Shown: positions 28,505 through 36,100 of the stretch, piece by piece
Position numbering within the stretch: the first letter of the stretch is position 1
Layout: each line of letters opens with the position of its first letter
NCBI RefSeq assembly: GCF_001194135.2
Contig: NC_068981.1
Span: 9,144,821-9,197,625 of the forward strand
Direction of reading: 5' to 3'
DNA: 52,805 bases
Source of the DNA: Octopus bimaculoides
Lineage: Eukaryota
Translations under genes and position numbers: made by a program
Notes under the pieces: model-generated
Databases searched by the model: none
Seen by the model: the letters and a program-made list of their open reading frames with translations, nothing else
Told to the model about the DNA's origin: nothing

Positions 28505-31060
28505 TGTGTGTGTGATATCTTATAACTGTCTGTTTCTCTATTTCACAAGGGTCTTCTTTGTTGTTGCCACATACTGGGAAATTTTTAAACTACAGGGTGT
28601 CCACAAAGTCTGGGTACATGGAGTAAATAAAATCATAACATAAACAATTAAATATAAGAAATAATAATTTCTTAAAATATGTGTTAATCCCCATGTACCC
28701 AGACTTTGTGGACACCCTGTACATCAAAATTTTCAGATTTGGTATATTGGAATAATTTTCCACGTTAAATCCGATTTTGTTAATTATATGTTTCAAAAAG
28801 ATTGCAGAAACACGTTAAAGTTTAATCAATTTTACCTAATCAGAAAACAAGATTTAGAAGCTGGTATATTCTGAATGATAGCTATCACAAATGAAAGTAG
28901 AATTATTACGAGGAGTAATTTTTATTAAAGAAAACGAAAGCAAAGTTGTAAGAAGCGAAGTTTTAATAAGTTTTAAGGAATAAAGTCTTGTGAAACAGTT
29001 AAACAGACATTCTTTTACTCTTTTATTTGTTTCAGTTATTTGACTGCGGCCATGCTGGGGCACCGCCTTTAGTCGAGCAAATCGACCCCAGGACTTATTC
29101 TTTGTAAGCCTAGTACTTATTCCATCGGTCTCTTTTTGCCGAACCACTAATTTACGGGGACGTAAACACACCAGCATCGGTTGTCAAGCGATGTTGGGGG
29201 GACAAACACAGACACACAAACACATACACATACATATATATATACATATATACAACAGGCTTCTTTCAGTTTCCGTCTACCAAATCCNNNNNNNNNNNNN
29301 NNNNNNNNNNNNNNNNNNNNNNNNNNNNNNNNNNNNNNNNNNNNNNNNNNNNNNNNNNNNNNNNNNNNNNNNNNNNNNNNNNNNNNNNNNNNNNNNNNNN
29401 NNNNNNNNNNNNNNNNNNNNNNNNNNNNNNNNNNNNNNNNNNNNNNNNNNNNNNNNNNNNNNNNNNNNNNNNNNNNNNNNNNNNNNNNNNNNNNNNNNNN
29501 NNNNNNNNNNNNNNNNNNNNNNNNNNNNNNNNNNNNNNNNNNNNNNNNNNNNNNNNNNNNNNNNNNNNNNNNNNNNNNNNNNNNNNNNNNNNNNNNNNNN
29601 NNNNNNNNNNNNNNNNNNNNNNNNNNNNNNNNNNNNNNNNNNNNNNNNNNNNNNNNNNNNNNNNNNNNNNNNNNNNNNNNNNNNNNNNNNNNNNNNNNNN
29701 NNNNNNNNNNNNNNNNNNNNNNNNNNNNNNNNNNNNNNNNNNNNNNNNNNNNTATATTTCAAATTTGTTTATAGGAAGTATTTTGAATAGGCAAGTAAAG
29801 CTCCTTACTTCATTATGCCGGCCAAAGTCTAATGATAATGACTGAGACAGTTTTTCGGGGTTGCATCATGCTGTACCAATATAATGTAGGATATATATAA
29901 TAATAATAACAATAATCCTTGGGTGGAATTTACAAACATTTAATGCATCGCTACACGCGTTTCCACAAATCACATGAATCTTAAGATCACAGACCATATT
30001 CCGGCAATGATTACAGCGCAGTCCGTGGTATCCGTGGGCATCCGGTTGATCATCATTATTGATTCATTTCTTCAGGCGATGTACAATAGAGGGATGTTTA
30101 TCCCGTTTTACCAATATGAAAGTCAAGCGAGTAATGTGGGTATTTCTGTGTGTATTTGGTGGGAAGGAGGAGAAGGTGATGACAATAGAGGAAGGAATAG
30201 TAGTTATATGGGGATGTAGGTGTGTGTGGTGGCGTTGGATTTATTTTGCTATCCATTCAGCAGATGTTAAGGATGGGTAGTACATTCTTTTGTTTGATTT
30301 CATTTAAGGCCTGACTATCTTCAATAAATTCTGAACTCAACAGGTTATCAGGTACTTCGGTTATATTTATCAGTGGTGTCTGTTAACGGAATTGATAAAT
30401 GCTATATGGTGAATTTTTCATTGTTTCTGTTGTTATAGTGTATAGCATCTCAAATATTGGTTTCTTTGTTTATTTGTTTGGATTCCTTCACTCTTCTATA
30501 ATGTGTTATTTCGTAACAAATTATTTTTTTCAAACTCCAGAAATTATTTGTTCTTATCCTTACAAGATATGACCATCACCTCAGAGTGCCTATTTTACGT
30601 TTTCCATAGATGTGATTATTTCCAGTATTTCTTCTAGACCAAATGTCCTTCAACAACACACCTTGATAAACTCCTACTAATTTCAGGTCACGACAGACTG
30701 AGAGGATACTCCTGAAACCGAGAATTTGAACTTACGGAGACAATATTTACATATCGCCTGAGGAAACACAACTAGATCTCATACTGCAGTGAAGCTGTTG
30801 CATAATCGAGTACCTACACGACTGGAGAACTACGTTGCTCAGAAACAATTGTACAGATCGAAAATAAATGTCCAACCGTACTCCTTGTTGACTCCAATTC
30901 TTTTCAATTATCTATTCACACACGACAGAAGCTCAAACGCAAACCATGGAAGTACGTATAACACTACTACTGTAGAGCACAGGGTGAAATCTGACGGTGG
31001 ACGAGCTTTGTGCTGTACTCTGCTACGTTCTGAACAGAATTCACCACAACTGAATGTATG

Positions 31061-31102
<42 letters not shown>

Positions 31103-31875
31103 TACCAGAGTAAGCACATAAATGTGAAACCAGGTGGAAAAAATAGCACTAGAATACCGGAGGTAGAGTAATATACTTTATTAATAAAGCCGCAAAGACA
31201 TCACAAAAGCTATTACTAAGAGTTTCACGTTCCCGTTCGTCGGACAGTTTTGGTTGAAAATGGAACAAAAATAAGGTTATAAGTATAAATTTACAAATAC
31301 GTTGATAGATACACATTTGAAATTGGTTTTGTTTCATTGGTCCTGTCAACTAACGGTCTTTTCAATAACCGGTTGTATGAAATTAAAAGTACGATTTTCT
31401 TCGATTTTAAATGATATGATTTTAAATCGTAATTTTAATTTCATAAAACCGGTTATTGAAAAGACCGTTAATTGACAGGACCAATGAAACAAAACCAATT
31501 TCAAATGTGTATCTATCAACGTATTTGTAAATTTATACATATAACCTTATTTTTGTTCCATTCTCAATCAAAACTGTCCGACGAACGGGAATGTGAAACT
31601 CTGAGTAATAGCTTTTGTGATGTTTTTGCAGCTTTATTAATAAATTATATATATATATGAAAAAATGAGTAGAGATGGCTTTTGGGGGGATAATTTTTAT
31701 TTTTAGAATAATGTTAAAATAAAAATTGTCCCCAAAATAGTCATCTCTACTCATTTTTTTCAAATACATAATACTGTACCAAGGACTTCTTTTTATTATT
31801 ATTATTATTGTCGTAGACCTCCGTCGGTCATGGCTGACCATGGATAATAATAATCCGTCCGTAAACGGACGGATT

Positions 31876-31907
<32 letters not shown>

Positions 31908-31937
31908 TATGGAGAGAGAGAGAGAGACAGATACCTG

Positions 31938-31969
<32 letters not shown>

Positions 31970-31984
31970 CGAAGGTATGAGAGC

Positions 31985-32046
<62 letters not shown>

Positions 32047-32947
32047 NNNNNNNNNNNNNNNNNNNNNNNNNNNNNNNNNNNNNNNNNNNNNNNNNNNNNN
32101 NNNNNNNNNNNNNNNNNNNNNNNNNNNNNNNNNNNNNNNNNNNNNNNNNNNNNNNNNNNNNNNNNNNNNNNNNNNNNNNNNNNNNNNNNNNNNNNNNNNN
32201 NNNNNNNNNNNNNNNNNNNNNNNNNNNNNNNNNNNNNNNNNNNNNNNNNNNNNNNNNNNNNNNNNNNNNNAAGCCCAGTTACTAAGTCTATTTGCCAAGA
32301 CTTATAATATATTTAACAGAATTAGAGAAATGTAAAGTTGAAGCTAACCAAGACACTGGCCTTCTGACCAAAGGATTATGAGTTCGTATCTCGATATCAG
32401 TGATTTAAAGAAAACATTGCCTTGTTACCAATGATATAATCTTGTTCCACATTTCAAGAAATAAGAGACATTGCGAGTGATTTGCGTCATCCGTCTAAAC
32501 CAGAGAGAAACGGACGAGGAACGGATAAAAAAAAAAAACGGTTAAGTAGGAGTCAAAGCACGGATTTCTGGGAATTTATTACGACTATTTTTCAGTGCAG
32601 TTACATTACTGGTCATTGGAATCCATGATGTTTGCAGGTGAGGCTAATGTCCACTTTCGACATCTACGGATCAGTGTCTACAAGAGAAACTGGACAGGGA
32701 TAAATCGGTGTTAGGATCGAATGTTTTCGTAACTGAAATGACATGAATATCACAACTTCCACTTGAGACAAGCGAAGCTCTGGAACATACTGGAAGCTAG
32801 ATGAGGTTGGTGGTATGAAAACTGCCGAGTTGGAGGTTAGACTTAAAGAATATTATATTCCATTTTTTCTTAACACAAAAATCACTGAAAATACATTTCC
32901 AGGATGTGAAAGTCTGCTCACAATCATCTTCATCATCATCATCATCG

Positions 32948-32994
<47 letters not shown>

Positions 32995-33097
32995 TGCATC
33001 ATCATCATCATCATCATCGCCGTCGTCGCTGTCTCCATCGTCGATGTTGCCGGTGTCATCGTTGTTTCTGTCATTGTCATCGTTGTTGCTTGTAGGG

Positions 33098-33150
<53 letters not shown>

Positions 33151-36100
33151 GCGGCTGATGCTGTCATTGCTGCTGCTGCTGCTGTTGAATCTTTTTGCCG
33201 TGAATAAGGTGAGATCCAGCGACGACAAGTGGCCATCTCTTAGAAGGATGATCAATCCTGAAGACTAATTAACACGGATGATTTACACGTCACTAATTTT
33301 TGGTTCCTCAGATTCTTGTTTGATTTTGTTTTTCCGATCGATGTGAATATATTGGAGGAAAATTCTGGTCTTAAAAAAAGTAAGGATCTTGAGGGAAATT
33401 GCAAAGTAGGGCCGTCTTAATTCTCCTTTTTTAAAAGTCTGAAACTAAATTTCTTTGAAAGGAGGAGTAAGAGTAAAATATTGGGTTATCCGTTGGCCTC
33501 GACGATGAGCATTCAGTTGTTTGACCAACTGAGCGTGTAAGAGGCAGCGTACTCCGTAGACGTATGTGACATTAACATAATTCTCAGGCCGAATCATGAA
33601 GACACAATGCGATACGACTGAGCTTTTGAATTACAGGCAGAATTAAAGAATAGAGAGAGAGTTGAAGAGATAAATCGACCCCTGTACATAACTGGTACCT
33701 TATTTAACGACCTGAAATGCAAAGTTGATTTTAGAGAGATTTGAACTCAGAGCGAAGAAAACCGAAACGAATAACGAATGGTAGTCTATGACATTGTAAC
33801 GAGTCGTCGGATTCGCTGTTATTATAATAGAATACATACACCGCGTCCCATCGGTTTAAATACTATTTTCTATAGGAGGATACCTTATAAACACAATATT
33901 CCTACCTATTGGTAGAATATTCCTGTCTAAAACATGACGTACTCTATAGATAGGATACTCATAGATCTATAGAACATTGTACTCTATCTAAAACACCGTT
34001 TCATGTAAAAGAACAAATAAATAGAGTACAACTTACTTGCATGAATTCTACACTGGAGTCCAGCGGATGATCTCTGCGGAAAAGAAGCAAAAAATTCTCC
34101 TCCACTGGAAGTAGTTCGGTTAACTGCAAAAGGAAAACAATTAAAATAATTAAAGTATAAACAATTGGAAGTGCTGTTGATAATATTTACAACACACATG
34201 CGCGCGCGCACGCAATACAACTGACTTTCATCAAGTTCGCTGAACTACCTCATTGACCCAGCACCATTTCCCCAAAATACTGCACAATCAGATTGAACCC
34301 CAAACCATATAATCGTGAAGTAAATTTAGCTACTGTACTGTCATATCTGCGCTTTTAGTTATTTGGTCCCAAGTCAACCTGCTCCAACAGAGCTGTGATC
34401 AAAAGCATTCCGATCGTGACCAACCCATCTTTTCAGTCTATATTCAATATATCCTTCATTTAAAAAAAACAAAAACTAATGGAACATTCAGCTGATATTT
34501 CTATCAGATCGATGATTACTCAGACGCTGCCACGTTGTATCGTACTGAGACCCAACGTTGGCCCCTGAAGGATTGTTTTAATTCAGCTACAAAAATATTT
34601 AAACTAATTGGAAAAAAGAAAAAACAGATTCCTACCTCGGAAATATCAATTTTGCCATCCAAGTTGACATCAAAAGCATCCATAAATAATTCTTTAGCAT
34701 CGTTGAAAGCCGTTTCTGACACAGCCTGGAAATAGAAAATATTGTCTAAGTAACACAGTCAAAGACTTATGTATTAGAAAGACGTTAACAAACATTATGA
34801 ACAACAATAATTCTTACATCAGGTAACCTAAATAAACTTGTTAATTTGGCCACCCTCGCCAAAGGACTTTGTGGTATCAGTTTAGATTAAATGGTTATTT
34901 TGTTCTATTCCTCATAAAATACTTCTATATTGAATAGTATTAGTTCGAAGACACAGCGTAATGTGGTGAGAGGAAGGACCTGTATCTAATAAAGCTTATA
35001 GAGACAGACATTTGTATAATACCGCTGTCTAAGTATCAGCTGCCATGTCCCAGTAACAAGAAGAGATCGAGATGATTGGTGGGAGAATCATCTAGAGGTT
35101 TTACATTTGAATTTCCTTCTGCAAGTCCTCACCAACCCAGATAACCCACAAGACAGTGGTGGGGGTAGGGTTAAAGTTCAAAGTTTACTCTTTCCTATAT
35201 CGATGTTTCATCACTCCAAAGTAGCTTTACAGCACGATCGTTCGCTTTCACGAGGACCTCTACGTCTCTGTGCTTTGTTACAAGATGGCCGATAAAACTC
35301 TGCTGGGTTCCTTTGCCCTTTAACAGGTATTTTATTCCTTTTGTTGAGTTTCTAACAACCCTCTTCACTAGGTGCTTCTAGTTAGTGAGTATATTTACTC
35401 ATTGACAACCTGATTATGAATACCACCCGGTATTGAGTCATACTCCAACGTTACTACGCAACATTACTGCCCAGTGTTACAATCATATTCGTATTTTAAT
35501 TGTAAACTTTGATAAATCAATTTTAAAAACACACCAAAATAAACTATTCCATTTTGAAAGGTTTCCTTAACGTAGTTACCACTTGTGGCTGTTCTTGTCC
35601 TGCCAAATCTCTCTCCGACTCGTTGCTCATGTTCCTAATCAGGGTCTACTTTAGGGAATCACAATCAGAAGTGACGTCTAAAGAATAAAATTGCAAATAT
35701 TATTTCTTTAAGGCAAAATATATGCATTAATTTTAATATTAATTTGACATTAATATTAAATTTCCCGTTAAGGCGTTGGCAGAATCGTTAGCACACGGGG
35801 CAAAATGCTTAGCGGTTTTTCGTCCGTCCTTACGTTCTGTGTTCAAATTCCGCTGAGGTCGAATTTCCCTTTCATCTTTTCCATATCGATAAAATAAATA
35901 CCAGTTGAGCACTGGGGTCGATATAATTGACTTGCCCCTTCTCCCTTGTATCAAAATTTGAACCCAAATTTCCTCAGAAGCTCACTTCCTTCCTTTTGGA
36001 AAATAGCTGAACGCTAATTATTTTACAAAAGTCTACTGTTTTCCCTGAATCTTCTCATCTCAAAAATTCTTAACAAAAAAAGACTTGTAAGCCAAAAATA

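Larger units (their letters stand above)
31105..31644. mobile_element. Palindromic non-coding element, probably Penelope pLTR/retrozyme-derived; arms 31177-31396 and 31425-31644
   Basis: Hand alignment: 220-bp arms, 10 substitutions, no indels, 28-nt spacer; flanked by (TA)n on both sides; each arm carries a hammerhead-like motif. The palindrome is certain, the PLE origin is inferred. Confidence 0.7.

Noticed and set aside
29950-30650. Possible decayed Penelope-like coding remnant on the minus strand (also 6370-6800)
   Set aside because: Only vague residue patterns and no diagnostic motif; a profile search is needed.
30695-30810. CTGAGAGGA-TAC-TCCTGAAAC and CTGAGGA...GTGAAG hammerhead-like words; also CTGAAGA on the minus strand near 30075
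   Set aside because: Core spacing is wrong or GAAA is missing, and no flanking helix I could be built.
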